Assembly: GCA_964187785.1 (NCBI GenBank)
Contig: OZ076414.1
Span: 38,936,001 to 39,000,000, forward strand
From: Amphiscolops sp. MND2022
Taxonomy: Eukaryota
Length of the DNA stretch: 64,000 nt
Reading direction: 5' to 3'
Shown: positions 1 to 12,593 of the stretch, piece after piece
How the letters are laid out: each line of letters opens with the position of its first letter
How positions within the stretch are numbered: the stretch's first letter is position 1
Program-made: the position numbers and the translations under genes
Notes under the pieces: generated by a model
What the model saw: only the letters and a program-made list of their open reading frames with translations
Told to the model about the DNA's origin: nothing
The model's database searches: none

Positions 1-1290
1 TACCAAATACCTTGACTTGCACAACATAATTGGTCAAGAACAAGAAGGCTTCAGAATGAAAAGAAATACTGTGCGATCACTGTACAGGCTTCATCTATCG
101 CTGGAACGAGCTAAAGCCTGAAAACTTCCTACAGCTTTCCTTAATATAGACTTGGAAAACGTTTTCGACAGCGTCTGGATAGGCGGACTCCTCTACAAAC
201 TACGGAACTACAACATAGCTGACAGAATGTTTCGATTTTTGGAGGCTTTCTTGAGAAACCGACATGTCTTTTTTGAACTAGGGGAATATAAATCTCACAC
301 TTTTCTTGTTAACATGGGGGTACCACAAGGAGGCGTGCGTTCTCCGCTACTTTCATATTTCTCAATGACTTCCTGATAAACGAAAACTGCTCATTCAAAT
401 TCGCGAACGACAGTTCAATTGTAGTCACCGGTGAAAACACAGACAATCTGACGCGAAAGCTCGGTCTGTCTTGTGCTGGAGTGGAAAGGTGGTGTTCAAC
501 TTGGAGAATGGTGGTCAACGGCGGGAAGACTGAAATTATTCTTTTCAATTCTGAAGCAAGTGACATTAAAGCCACTGTGCTAAATAGTGATCCCTGCAAA
601 ATCAAGAGCTTCACCAAATCACTCTAAATGGTAATTGACAATCAGTTAACATACCGACAACATGCAGAAGCAACCGCTGAAAAAGCAAACCGAAAGTGGA
701 ACACCATATCTAGCTTATTTAACAACAAATGGAGCCTCGCCATTCCTACAATGTTTCTGCTGTACAAGACGACAATTCTTCCCCTATTTCTATAGGCCTT
801 CCCGATCTGGTTTGAAAGAAATCGCTGCAGCATGGAAAGGGTACAAAATAATTTCATCAGAACGGGTTTCAATCGTTGCTTTTCGCCAAACATTGAAAGT
901 TGTCAAGTGTTACTGGGAGTACCACCTATTGATATATTGAGTATGAGCATCAACATCAAGTTCCTCATAAAAGTCAAAATTGCAAATGATCTCACAGCGG
1001 TCCATTATTCTTCGGTATTACGACAAAAAAGTGTTGCCAAAAATGAAGTTTACAACGAATTCAGACCTGAGCAAATTGATAAATTGAACCTGCTGTGTAA
1101 AAACGACCGACGAATAGGAAAAGTTTATTTTTGGGAACGAAGAAGCTAAACAAGGACGAAGAAGTCTGAAACTATCCAATAAGTGGACTAAATTAATTGA
1201 TGAAGAAGAGAGTTGGAAACAATGTGAACTGACAAACATCCTCCCGCAAACAGGGGTTTTCAGAACTTATTTATATACATGGCAGAACTT
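1..1290 (+). mobile_element. 3' part of a decayed non-LTR retrotransposon (LINE) reverse transcriptase, duplicate of 10934-12220
   Basis: RT motifs in broken frames (QEQEGFR, DLENVFDSVW, GVPQGGVRSPLL, FKFANDSSIV) with stops and frameshifts. Near-identical to 10934 onward (offset 10933). Confidence 0.85.
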
Positions 1291-1311
1291 ATATACAGAT
1301 TTTATATATAA

Positions 1312-1653
1312 GGGTGGCTGTAAATAGGTCGAATTTTTCTGGTCGAAAGGACAGAAGTGGAACATTTTGATCGAGTTGCAAGAATCGAATGGTCGAATTT
1401 TATCGTATTTGTTGTATGGCTCGGTCGCTTCGCTCCCTTCGCCAAGTAGCAACATTGAGGCATAGCCATATGGCACGTTGCTCCGCCTCGCTTCGCTCCT
1501 GCATTCAGGGCACTAGGGGTATGTGAACACATCTGACTACGTTATAAAAATTTCGATCCGAGTTGTTTTGATCCCATTCAAAAATTTGGTATGTCGACCT
1601 GAGGACTAACTCTGATTTTCGATCCCGTTCCTTCGACCAATTTCCACCCACCC
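1312..1653. mobile_element. MITE family X (GGGTGG...CCACCC termini)
   Basis: Same sequence as the TSD-flanked copy at 22778-23126, with imperfect ~24-bp TIRs. No TSD is preserved here. Confidence 0.8.
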
Positions 1654-1654
1654 G

Positions 1655-1860
1655 TCTTTAACAAGCTCGCCGCATTTTCAACGGGTGACATCAAATACAA
1701 AAGGATGTTGTTATCGTTGCTGAAATGTTCAACCAAAACTAGCTTAAATTCAATATACCGGTTCAACATATCTGCCATGCTAGACCATTGGGTAACTCAG
1801 TAATTAACAGGCTTCCCGCCTGCTTCCGGCATTTTCTGGAAAAATTTGAGGCAAACTTCC
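1655..1860 (-). pseudogene. Probable hAT transposase relic
   Basis: The minus strand reads VTQWSSMADMLNRYIEFK, resembling the hAT 'V.TRWNS.Y.ML.R' block. A frameshift lies just upstream. Duplicated at 12595-12800. Confidence 0.45.
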
Positions 1861-2688
1861 TCAGTTATTCGTTTTGACATGACGACTTGAAAAATTGGCA
1901 ATAATTGGTAACATGCCAATGATTATTGCTGAAAATAATTTTTACCAATCAGTCATTGTCACCCTATTATTGCAATCATTGCAATTTCAATTATTGATTG
2001 AACATCCCTGTAGTGAATTCAATTCGATTTGAAATTTCAGCGAATCAGATTGCAGCATAAAGAAATATTCTGCTGAATGAAACTGAATTTTCATTTTCTG
2101 CTGTTTGAGACTTCTGCTGTGTGGGAATTCTCCGTGCATACACTGGATATGCCCCACATTTCAGGTTTTAGATTCCTTCAGATCCTAGGCGGTGGAGCTC
2201 TCAGGATCTTGTGTGAAAGATGTCCAGTTTACACCGGATATGCGCGATATGAAATTTTGAACTTGGTGTCTAGAAACTATTCCTTTCGAACATAGTAGAA
2301 CGAACTTATTGCCCGAAGCCATATATATATTGATTGGTTTCTTTCGATTGGAGACCAATTTCCTTCCGGCCTCGAGCACACACCCCAGCCCAGTAATACT
2401 CAGTACGCTCCCTCCACGAATATTGCTGGGGCCCTCGGTTGAAGCAATAGACAATTAATTTTGAGGAGCGGACTTTTGGTTTCAGAGGCGGACTTGATGG
2501 AAAGTCAAAAAGTGCAATTCAAAATGGCTCAGAAGACCCATAAAGTGCATATGTCACACCAGCGGTATATCTCCAAAACTCTTGAAGCTGGGTGAAGAAC
2601 TCAAACGTGCTAATTCATTCCTGTTTGTTTCTTACTTAATAATTTTGTTCAGCAGATTTACGATGACAGTATATATACAGTATATATG

Positions 2689-4161
2689 ACACTGAAGATG
2701 AAGCAAAAAGGCCAGAGCGACAGATCCTACACCCTAGAGGGGCTAAAGGGACTCCTTTGGCAAGAGTGGCAAGAACAGGGCCAGCAGTGTCCCTTGCAGT
2801 TACAAAGGTTGACAACTATGCAGGTGACATCTTTGACCTTTCGGTATTCAGTTCTTTGTCGAAGCTTCTCGGTAGTGGTGTCGGTAGTGGTGTATGTCAA
2901 ACGATTTATACAACGCATTTGTAATCAAGGCACCAAGGGATCATTAGGCACCATCTCACCTGAAGAAATGACTGAGGCGGTGATGATTCTTCTGCGACAA
3001 GAACTTCAGCAGTGCGTGAAATGCAGCAGGTTCACAGCCAAGTTGAGTGCGCCGCTTATGGGAGACCTTCTTAAGGAACGCATCGACGTCCCAACCATAG
3101 CCTTTAAAAACGTGGGGCTAGACTTTGCAGGACCTTTTTTGCAAACCAAGCAGCAAGGCTAGAAGTCAGGACAAAGCCTACATGGCTTTGTTTGTTTGTT
3201 TTGCCAGTAAAGCTGTCCACATTGAAAGTGTATCCGATATGACCACTTTGGGGTGTATGGCAGCAATACGACGTTTTTTATCTCGAAGAGGTTGTCCCAG
3301 TCAAGTATTCTCTGACAACGGGACCAACTTTGTTGGCGCAGCCAACAAGATCCAGCAATGGCAAGAGGTTCTATCCAACAAGCATGACAACTCGCTGCAA
3401 TCCCAATCTAGTGCTCTTGGCATTCGATGGAACTTCATATCCCCAAGGGCTCCTCATTTCGGAGGTTTATGGGAAGCGGCAGTAAAAAGTGCGAAGAAAC
3501 ACTTATGCAGAACGATGGGCAACAGTGTCCTGACATTTGAGGAGTTAACAACTCTTTTTTGTCAGATCGAGGCAGTGCTAAACTCGCGCCCAATCAGTGT
3601 AATGTCCGATGATCCCAATGAAGTTGAACCACTTACACCAGCACATCTTTCAATTGGACACAGACTAGACGTGTTACCTTCTTTTTTATTGGACCAAACC
3701 CATGACGTGGACAACTGCAGTCCCTTAAAATGATGGTATCGCATTCAGAACATTATGTTGCATTTCTGGAACAGATGGACCAAAGAATACGTAACCACAT
3801 TACAGGAAAGAAGCAAATGGAGACGAGAAACAAGCAATTTGAAAGTGGGCGACTTAGTTTTTATCTGCGATGACAATTCAGCACCTCTACAATGGCCAAT
3901 TGGTTGCGTCCATAACGTCTACAATGGACCCGATAGTGCCGTCAGAGTAGTCAAGGTGAAAACTCCAACTGGAAAATACAATCGCTCTGTTCACAAGTTG
4001 AAAAAACTACCTATTGATACATAACCTCCTCAATCTTTAATGAAACACCCTGTAATCAGCTGTTTGTTAATGTTCGCTCATTGCCAACTCTTTTGATGCT
4101 GTATTTGTACGTCGTGTAACTTTTTATTGATTTGCGCCACGCAAAATCAAGGCGGGCGGTA
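2689..4161 (+). mobile_element. 5'-truncated BEL/Pao family A pol (integrase and C-terminal domain) plus PPT
   Basis: VGLDFAGP, VHIESVSDMTT, SDNGTNFVGA, PHFGGLWEAAVKS, FWNRWTKEY and RSVHKLKKLP motifs. Matches 20311-21388. Ends in AAGGCGGGCGGTA before TGT. Confidence 0.9.
3125..3733 (+). CDS. BEL/Pao integrase catalytic core fragment
   Basis: SDNGTNF and GGLWEAAVKS integrase motifs, 202 aa ORF. Confidence 0.85.
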   Translation: MQDLFCKPSSKARSQDKAYMALFVCFASKAVHIESVSDMTTLGCMAAIRRFLSRRGCPSQVFSDNGTNFVGAANKIQQWQEVLSNKHDNSLQSQSSALGIRWNFISPRAPHFGGLWEAAVKSAKKHLCRTMGNSVLTFEELTTLFCQIEAVLNSRPISVMSDDPNEVEPLTPAHLSIGHRLDVLPSFLLDQTHDVDNCSPLK

Positions 4162-5146
4162 TGTCGCATATATTAATCTGAATAAAATTCAAAATGATTC
4201 CCCAAAAAAGTGAAAAGATTTATCGAATTCGTTCGCAGACCATGAGTAGTACAGTTTGAAACAACATCAAATGAAATACTTTTGAACAAACGTGTTTTTT
4301 TATTTTGTATATTTATAAAGCTTGAAAGCGCTCCTCAACTTATGAAAACCTGGACTGTCTTCTCCCCCTACTTCTTCCCCGCAAACCCGGCTGCCTTATC
4401 GCACGCCTCACTCCTTGAGGCTGATATTGCGCACCCAGGCGCTGAACGCGCTCTTCCTCAGCCTCCTCGACCTTCAGCGTGGTGGTCATCAAAGACGCTG
4501 GCCCTGGTCCCGTCAATACACAGTGTGCGGTCAATGGGGAAAACAGGACCACATCACCGGGCTCCTGGATGCAGTACACTGTATGTTCCCGGAACTGCAG
4601 GAAATCATCCCGGAGCGTACTAGGCAGGGAACGATGCCTTTCCAACGGAAGCACGATGCGTTTTCTGCGGAGGGTCTTCAACTCGCGTGTTCGAGTGGTG
4701 AAGAACCACAACTTCCTCCCCCTTTCCAGCTGGCTGACAACGCTTCCTCCCGGGTTGGAGTCTATGTGCCAACCACTCCATGCCCAACCACCACTTGCAA
4801 GGAGTGAGACGTGCAAGATGGAGTGCCCGCCAATACCTTGGACAACCTCCACATACTGCTCTCCTAGCGGGCCTGGGTATAGGGCCTCATATCGCCAGGG
4901 AGCTTCTGGAAGACCATCGAAAGAAGCGTTCTTCATCCGTGTGCCCTTGAAGGTTGCCAGAAGTTGCTTCTCACTGCGGAAACAAACAGCAACCCTCCTC
5001 GCTGCTTCGTTGGTGTAACGCAGCACAGGATTGCCACGTATAATAATGGGGATGTTCTGTTTCCTCAAGAAATCCGTTATGCCCCCCTCTCTCACCCGAG
5101 CCAAAGGAAGCCTCCCCGACTCTAACTCCATTATCATGCTTAATGC
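4162..5146 (+). repeat. BEL-A LTR, 3'-truncated copy
   Basis: Starts TGTCGC directly after the PPT and matches 15102-16086. Then breaks into a different BEL integrase fragment. Confidence 0.8.
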
Positions 5147-5182
5147 TTCAGTTCTGAAGAGCTTTCCACCCTTTTTTATCAA
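4340..5182 (-). CDS. JmjC-domain protein (BEL-A LTR cargo) with chimeric N-terminus
   Basis: WHID...GRKLWFF...EPGDVVLFSPLTAHCVLT motifs. The first 12 codons come from the adjacent BEL-C fragment read antisense. Confidence 0.75.
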   Translation of the reverse strand: MIKKGGKLFRTEALSMIMELESGRLPLARVREGGITDFLRKQNIPIIIRGNPVLRYTNEAARRVAVCFRSEKQLLATFKGTRMKNASFDGLPEAPWRYEALYPGPLGEQYVEVVQGIGGHSILHVSLLASGGWAWSGWHIDSNPGGSVVSQLERGRKLWFFTTRTRELKTLRRKRIVLPLERHRSLPSTLRDDFLQFREHTVYCIQEPGDVVLFSPLTAHCVLTGPGPASLMTTTLKVEEAEEERVQRLGAQYQPQGVRRAIRQPGLRGRSRGRRQSRFS

Positions 5183-5756
5183 GTAAAAAACGTGCTAAAA
5201 TCAAGACCCAGAGAATTAGTCTCAGAGGAACCAAAAGACGAAGTCCTTTTGACCCCTGGACATCTGATAAAAGGATTAAAACTGGAATGTTACCCGACTG
5301 AGCAGTCATCCCAAACATTCGATTTGAAATGCTGCTCTGCATCTGCTCGCTGGACTCACATCCAAAATGTCTCATGTCATTTCTGGAATCGCTGGAAAAA
5401 AGAATATGGAACCCCTCTCCAGGAAAGAACTAAATGGACGGATGAGAGCTCCAATCTCAAAATGGGCGAAGTTGTTCATGTCATGGACGACAACGCGGCT
5501 CCCTTACAATAGCCCTTGGCTCGAGTGTCGTATGTGTAAAGTGGGCCTGACATTTTTGTTCGTGTTGTAAAGGTCAGAACGTCAACTGGCGGATACAATC
5601 GTCTCGTCAACAGTCTCAAAAAACTTCCCCTCTTTGATGACTCAACCGTCATTTAAAAAAGTACTCCCAAAAGTCAGTCTAATTGCTCTTTTTCTAGTTG
5701 AAACTCTAATCACTTTGTTTTCTCATGTTGATTCAATTGAGTCAATGCGGGCGGTA
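5147..5756 (+). mobile_element. BEL/Pao family C 3' fragment (integrase C-terminus and PPT); LTR probably starts at 5757 (TGTGAG)
   Basis: EELSTLFYQV..VLKSRP, LTPGHLIKG, FWNRWKKEY and VKVRTSTGGYNRLV motifs. PPT GCGGGCGGTA followed by TGT. Confidence 0.8.
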
Positions 5757-6559
5757 TGTGAGAGCATGTCACAAATAGAATATTTTTTGAAAACGAAATT
5801 TTTAGATGAAAATACAATTGCTCTAAATTCATCAGGAAGTTTGTGAAAATAGCAAATTTGGTAAAAAATACTATATAATGTTAAATGATTTGCAAGTTAT
5901 CCGCTGTTACTTTTTGATTATGGTGTATTTGACTTTTGATTGACTATATTTGGGAATTTTTGCCCAAGTTACTTCTCCATCAAATAAAAACTGAAGCAAT
6001 TCATAACATGCTTCAAGGATTTCGAGTTTTCTCTCTACGGTGCTTTCTCGCTTTATACCGAATCTTAGCCACAATTGGGCAATCAAAGGAGCTACGTTCT
6101 TCATACTTATTTAGCCCTCAATCTGAATTCACTAAAATTTTCTTTCTTTTCAAAAGGACTTCTTCATCTGCCTGGAAAGCCAGGCTGGTCCGCCGCAAGG
6201 ATATAGATTCCGAATTACAACAGGATCGGCGCGTCTTCTCCCCCAACATGATGACACACATGGCACTTGAAAAATCCATGATATCTGGATTAAAAAGATG
6301 AGATACATCGTCGTAATTAATCTAGTACCGTGTAAGTCATCATGTAGGTGGGAGATTACTGCAACTAGAAGGAAACGAAAGACACGATAAAGCACTACTA
6401 CTACTCATGGCAGCCACTATCACTGTAGACAGACAGAACCCTAACAACAAAAAACTATCGATCCACACTGATCGTTGAGTTGAGAGCCAGCCCTAACAAA
6501 GTACCATTTGTGATAAATTTCTTCAAAAACATTCCTGTCGCTCACTCTTCCGAGCGTGC

Positions 6560-7005
6560 GAACAACGGCATTGTAGCAATCCTCAGCTGATGGCAAACAC
6601 CCAGACGGTGTTACCATGATTCCTTGGGAGATGGGTAAACAGCTGGTGTGGGATGTCACAGTTGTGGATGCTCTTGCACCCCGTCGCTTGAATCAAGGCT
6701 CTTTATGCAACCCGGGAACCACCGCCACCGAGGCTGAAGCGCGTAAAATTGAGAAGTATCACAAATTAAAAGACAGTGGATACATTTTTCAGCCGGTGGC
6801 CTTGGAAGTACAGGGTTCTTTAGGCGAGAGCAGTGAAATTTTCATCACGCGTCTCTGTAAAATGCCTCGTCGTTCGCACGACGATCAACGAGCTGGCAGT
6901 TTTCTGAAGCAACGGATTTCAATGGCTCTTCAGATCGGCAATGCAGCCTGTGTTCTAGGAACTGTGAGCGACAGAGATGCGTTCGAAAAATTTTATTACA
7001 TTTAG
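6560..7005 (+). mobile_element. 3' fragment of an RLE-type (CRE-like) non-LTR retrotransposon, restriction-like endonuclease domain
   Basis: PDG.TMIPW..GKQLVWDVTVVDALA...AEARKIEKY...FQPVALE..G..G...QRISMALQIGNAACVLG. This is typical of the C-terminal RLE of CRE-like elements. Confidence 0.7.
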
Positions 7006-7068
7006 CCTATTTTTTTACCTTTATATCATAGCATCTTTAAAAAAGTTTTACCGGTCGACTGCATAGTG

Positions 7069-7353
7069 GGGGTCACGGACATTTCGTGACCAGCCATTCG
7101 GGTTGTTCAAATTGATCAAATAACTGATATATTTGGAGAGGTTAGCATATTTGTTGTATGGCTCGGTCGGTTCTCTCCCTTCGCCAAGTAGCAACATTGA
7201 GGCATGGCTATTTGGCACGTCGCTTTGCTCCTGCATTTAGGGCACTAGGGGTATGTTAACATGTTTAACGGGACTTTTGGGCGACATTATTGTCGCCGAG
7301 AAGGGCAGAAATTTTTGTCGCTCAAATTTTTGATGACGAAATGACCCTGCCTC
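7069..7353. mobile_element. MITE-like element sharing the central core of MITE X
   Basis: 7147-7262 matches the MITE X core. Ends carry GGGTCA.../...TGACCC. Flanked by the direct repeat GCATAGTG (7061-7068, 7354-7361). Confidence 0.5.
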
Positions 7354-8199
7354 GCATAGTGGCTGGTTTGAGTAGTTTGTTGGTTGTTTTTTTTTGTTAC
7401 TGCTCAACTGGTATAGTGACTGGTATGGGGCTCCCTGTTTTCGTTGCAAGCTACGGGTGTGTGTCTCCTCCCCCCAATTGGCCGATTTAATGTGATGAAC
7501 TTGTTGAATAGTTTCAGAGAAGTACTGTTTGTTTTGATTTGTCCGATTAGACTGGAAATCACTGTGAGGCCTGGAAATCACTGTGACAACTGGGGCTGGA
7601 CGGTCAACACTCTCGGATCTCTAGGCGATTCTATTGGTCTATTTCAACAATACTCAAATTAAGTTAGTCCATCCAGTTTTTCTGACCTTTCGGGATCATA
7701 TCTTCATATCATCGCATACATTATTTATGGTATTTATAATCGGTGCCAGCTCTTTGGATCGACCCCTAATTCTATACCCTTAAACTCTATCTCGGCACAT
7801 AGAAGCAACAACAACCAACCCTGTACGACTAGCCAAATGATTGAAATCATTCCACAGTGGCAAACTAGAATCAAAGTTATAGTTTACAGTCAGCGCTATG
7901 GTAAGGTGAACATCCGAAAAAAAAAATTTGGGACTGGCATAGTTATAATTGATGCAAAAACTTAATTCATTTCACATCGGAAACAGAAAGAAGCTTTTAT
8001 TCTGAGCGAGCTGGAAAGAATTCAACCAAAAGTAGACCTAGAATACAAACTACTGTCAACAGTTTGGAGAAACAGAAGTTTTTTGTCCAAATTCAAGCTC
8101 GAGAAAAAGAATAGAAAAAAGCCATCGAAAACGAAACGGAAGAAAATCAAACAGTGAAAGCAAAGTTACCAGGTTGGTAAATTGTTTCTGTTGGGACTT

Positions 8200-11100
8200 C
8201 AAAAACCTTTGTAGATTAGGAGGCCTAATCGAGACAGTGATCCAGCCTCTTGGGGCCCAAATCTCGGACCCAGTCTACCTCGGAAGGCTGCTGCCCTCAT
8301 TGCAAGAAACAATTTGAGGTTACTGAAAAAGACTCAATTTGTTGCAATGGGTGCGAGGTGTGGTGGCACGGTTCCAGTGGAGGCATAGAAGTGAAAGACA
8401 CACCAATACTTCCAAAATTCGCATCTGTATATTGGTCCTGTACCAAATGTGAAAAAAAAGCTTGCAAGGAAAATCATCAAACGTTTGGAAAGCACTGAAT
8501 CAAATAAATCAGAGACAGAAAAAAGCCAACGAAACACAAAAACAAGAAACGCAACTGATCGAATCGATGAAAAAAGATTTGCTCACCATCAAATTGAAAC
8601 TGGATAATCCGGAACAAGCTACAAGCAACGCAACCGTGGCTAAAAGAGAACCACCCGACCGTAAGAAAGAAGAAGAACCCCAGAAGAAGAAGTTGGTAAT
8701 GTGAACAAACAGCGCTCACCACGGGATCCAAACAAGATTTTGATAATAACTGGTGAATAGAATTAGAGACAGTATTGAAATCAAGAGGACGTTTGCAAAA
8801 CTTTTTCCGCTAAAGAAGTTAGTCTTTGCATTCACTACTGCTCGAGGTAACACACACTTGGAATTCTTCACAGTGGAAGAGGCCGATAATGTCTTGAAAT
8901 CCTGGAACCCTGAATTCTTTGGAGGAGATTCAGTTGCGCGGAAAGCAAATGATAAAACGAATGAACTTAGCGCTCTCATTAGAGGGGTACCCATCGAAAT
9001 TGATAACAATGAAATCCAGCAACATCTTGACAACAATTTTCCCGGTGTAAAAGCAATACGATTCGTCAAAGCGACAAAACAGCTTTGCAAACAGTGAAAC
9101 TGCTGTATGACCAGGCCACATCAGACGGCATATTCCTGGATGATCTTTTTTATCAACCCGTCGAGTTCGTACAACAAGGCATAAGAATCATTCGATGCTA
9201 CAAATGCCAGAAGTTTGGCTACATCTGCAGTAGCTGTCATTCAAGGGAATCTTGCAAACATTGCCTTGAGGAACATAGCGTCGCCAAATGTACCAACAAA
9301 GACAAACCAGCTAAGTGTAGCAACTGCAAAGGTAACCCCGAGGCTGATGATACTAATTTGCCCGACATACATGAAGCAAATGCTTACAGTCCATGAAGCT
9401 CGCGGAATACCCATATCTGTCAAAAATGGATGAACGAAAACTGACCTTCTGGCAAATAAACATCTGCGGACTAAGTGAACACTCTAAACTTGCCTAAAAT
9501 CATTATATACATGAGAAAAATCCCAATGTGGTGTTCTTGAACGAAACGAAAGCCAATTTACTTCGGCATTTTTTGAACAACTACAATGCTAAAAGGGAAC
9601 ACAAACATGGCTTGAGTGGAAAGGCAATATAACTGAAAGGAGAAATTCCGTACGCCAGACTGTCAAAAATAGAAGAGAACTCGGTAAACAACAAGCGTTA
9701 ACAATAGTGTCAAATGGTTTGAAATTGGTCAATTTAACAGCCTATGTACAACCAGAGAACTTAGATGGAGTCAAGAACATAATGAAGGTTTTGGAAAACT
9801 AAGAATCTGGTTGATGACAGCAAAATAAATGGTTGCATGTTCTTCGGAGACCTGAACGCTCGTCATCAATGCTGGGGTGACACAAAAAGTAACCGTTTAG
9901 AAGAAGAGACAGTCAACATTGTGGATACATGCAGCATACTCAACAATTCTGAACCTACTTTCATTTCAAGAAACGGTTCGAGTGTAATTGACCTATGTGT
10001 CATCTAAGGACCAATTGTCAGTCAAAAAAAGAGGTCATCTGCCACTTTTAGTTGATTTTGCTGTGTCCACTGAAAAATTAAAAACTAAGAAGTTGTGGAT
10101 GGAGAAAGCAAATTGGAAACTTTGGACAGATTGTGTTGAGACTGGTGTTGGCGAAATTGATCTGAATGACAACAACTCCACTACACAGTGGAAAACCTTC
10201 TTGAACCTTCTACCGGATGCGTCGAAGAAATACATTCCCTTGAAAATTATATCTAGACACAGCAAACCTTTTTGGAAATCTGAATTAACGAAATCTAGTT
10301 AAGAGCTGAGACATCTGAGAAGAAAAAACTATCCGATAGTGCGTCTAAATGGATGAGTTGCTTCCTTAGCAATCTTGGGCATAAAAGAGGCCGAGACTTT
10401 TGGGCATCATATAAAAGTTTACTCAACAAGAAGAAGGAAGAGGTTGGGCTAATAAGAAACAAGACAGGTGAATTTTTTTTCACCAAAAGCGAAATTTGTA
10501 CACAATTTGAAACAACCTATTTCTCCGGTCAACATCTCTCCAAACAATCTTACGACGAAAGGTTCTTTGAACATGACGAACAGGAAGTCAGAGTGCCCGA
10601 CAACAGCGATGAACACGAAAATGGTCACTTTGTCGACCCACTCAATATGGAAGAGCTAAATGCAGCAATCGCGAACACATCAATTTCTAGGTCTTTCGAT
10701 ACCGATGGCATACACCTGTCAATTATCAAAAACATGGGATTCAAAGCTCGAGAAATGCTTCTCCAAATTTTCAACAACTGCTGGGAGACTGCGTCATGGC
10801 CTTGGGATGAATCGCGAGTTAGTATCATCCGTAAGCCGAAAAAAGAGAGATACGACGACTGTTCATCTTACCGACCGTTGTCCATTTCCAGCCTTTTTGG
10901 TAAACTCCTTGGACGAAATTTGGCCGGTGGAATTACCAAATACCTTGACTTGCACAACATAATTGGTCAAGAACAAGAAGGCTTCAGAATGAAAAGAAAT
11001 ACTGTGCGATCACTGTACAGGCTTCATCTATCGCTGGAACGAGCTAAAGCCTGAAAACTTCCTACAGCTTTCCTTAATATAGACTTGGAAAACGTTTTCG

Positions 11101-12220
11101 ACAGCGTCTGGATAGGCGGACTCCTCTACAAACTACGGAACTACAACATAGCTGACAGAATGTTTCGATTTTTGGAGGCTTTCTTGAGAAACCGACATGT
11201 CTTTTTTGAACTAGGGGAATATAAATCTCACACTTTTCTTGTTAACATGGGGGTACCACAAGGAGGCGTGCGTTCTCCGCTACTTTCATATTTCTCAATG
11301 ACTTCCTGATAAACGAAAACTGCTCATTCAAATTCGCGAACGACAGTTCAATTGTAGTCACCGGTGAAAACACAGACAATCTGACGCGAAAGCTCGGTCT
11401 GTGTTGTGCTGGAGTGGAAAGATGGTGTTCAACTTGGAGAATGGTGGTCAACGGCGGGAAGACTGAAATTATTCTTTTCAATTCTGAAGCAAGTGACATT
11501 AAAGCCACTGTGCTAAATAGTGATCCCTGCAAAATCAAGAGCTTCACCAAATCACTCTAAATGGTAATTGACAATCAGTTAACATACCGACAACATGCAG
11601 AAGCAACCGCTGAAAAAGCAAACCGAAAGTGGAACACCATATCTAGCTTATTTAACAACAAATGGAGCCTCGCCATTCCTACAATGTTTCTGCTGTACAA
11701 GACGACAATTCTTCCCCTATTTCTATAGGCCTTCCCGATCTGGTTTGAAAGAAATCGCTGCAGCATGGAAAGGGTACAAAATAATTTCATCAGAACGGGT
11801 TTCAATCGTTGCTTTTCGCCAAACATTGAAAGTTGTCAAGTGTTACTGGGAGTACCACCTATTGATATATTGAGTATGAGCATCAACATCAAGTTCCTCA
11901 TAAAAGTCAAAATTGCAAATGATCTCACAGCGGTCCATTATTCTTCGGTATTACGACAAAAAAGTGTTGCCAAAAATGAAGTTTACAACGAATTCAGACC
12001 TGAGCAAATTGATAAATTGAACCTGCTGTGTAAAAACGACCGACGAATAGGAAAAGTTTATTTTTGGGAACGAAGAAGCTAAACAAGGACGAAGAAGTCT
12101 GAAACTATCCAATAAGTGGACTAAATTAATTGATGAAGAAGAGAGTTGGAAACAATGTGAACTGACAAACATCCTCCCGCAAACAGGGGTTTTCAGAACT
12201 TATTTATATACATGGCAGAA
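8200..12220 (+). mobile_element. Decayed full-length LINE (ORF1 with PHD finger and CCHC knuckles; ORF2 APE-RT), Jockey/I- or CR1/L2-like
   Basis: PHD-like CPHC...ICCNGCEVWWHG..C.KC at 8290-8450. Triple zinc knuckles RCYKCQKFGY...CKHC..H...CSNCKG at 9190-9350. APE start (FWQINICGLS) at ~9430. RT at 10600-11600. Many stops and frameshifts. Confidence 0.85.
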
Positions 12221-12244
12221 CTTATATACAGATTTTATATATAA

Positions 12245-12593
12245 GGGTGGCTGTAAATAGGTCGAATTTTTCTGGTCGAAAGGACAGAAGTGGAACATTT
12301 TGATCGAGTTGCAAGAATCGAATGGAATGCGGTCGAATTTTATCGTATTTGTTGTATGGCTCGGTCGCTTCGCTCCCTTCGCCAAGTAGCAACATTGAGG
12401 CATAGCCATATGGCACGTTGCTCCGCTTCGCTTCGCTCCTGCATTCAGGGCACTAGGGGTATGTGAACACATCTGACTACGTTATAAAAATTTCGATCCG
12501 AGTTGTTTTGATCCCATTCAAAAATTTGGTATGTCGACCTGAGGACTAACTCTGATTTTCGATCCCGTTCCTTCGACCAATTTCCACCCACCC
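12245..12593. mobile_element. MITE family X copy
   Basis: Duplicate of 1312-1653. Confidence 0.8.

Larger units (their letters stand above)
1..5146. repeat. Segmental direct duplication, copy 1 (copy 2 = 10934-16086)
   Basis: The same ORFs recur at offsets 10933-10940 with only a few substitutions. Identity ends after ...ttatcatgcttaatgc (5146 vs 16086). The left limit lies outside the window. Confidence 0.95.

Noticed and set aside
2077-2690. Host exons or a zinc-finger remnant between the hAT relic and the BEL fragment
   Set aside because: Only short ORFs and one CxxC were seen, with no convincing splice structure or domain.
4282-5018. Plus-strand ORFs overlapping the JmjC gene (also 15222-15958 and 21474-22246), and antisense ORFs over the Copia, BEL and MFSD1 genes
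   Set aside because: They are shadow frames of GC-rich coding sequence, not conserved in length between copies, and have no motifs.
5757-6400. Possible JmjC cargo in the BEL-C LTR region (minus-strand VIMLGEKT...LLKRKKILV resembles the BEL-A cargo)
   Set aside because: No HxD/E or distal His could be read, there are several stops, and the similarity is too short to support.
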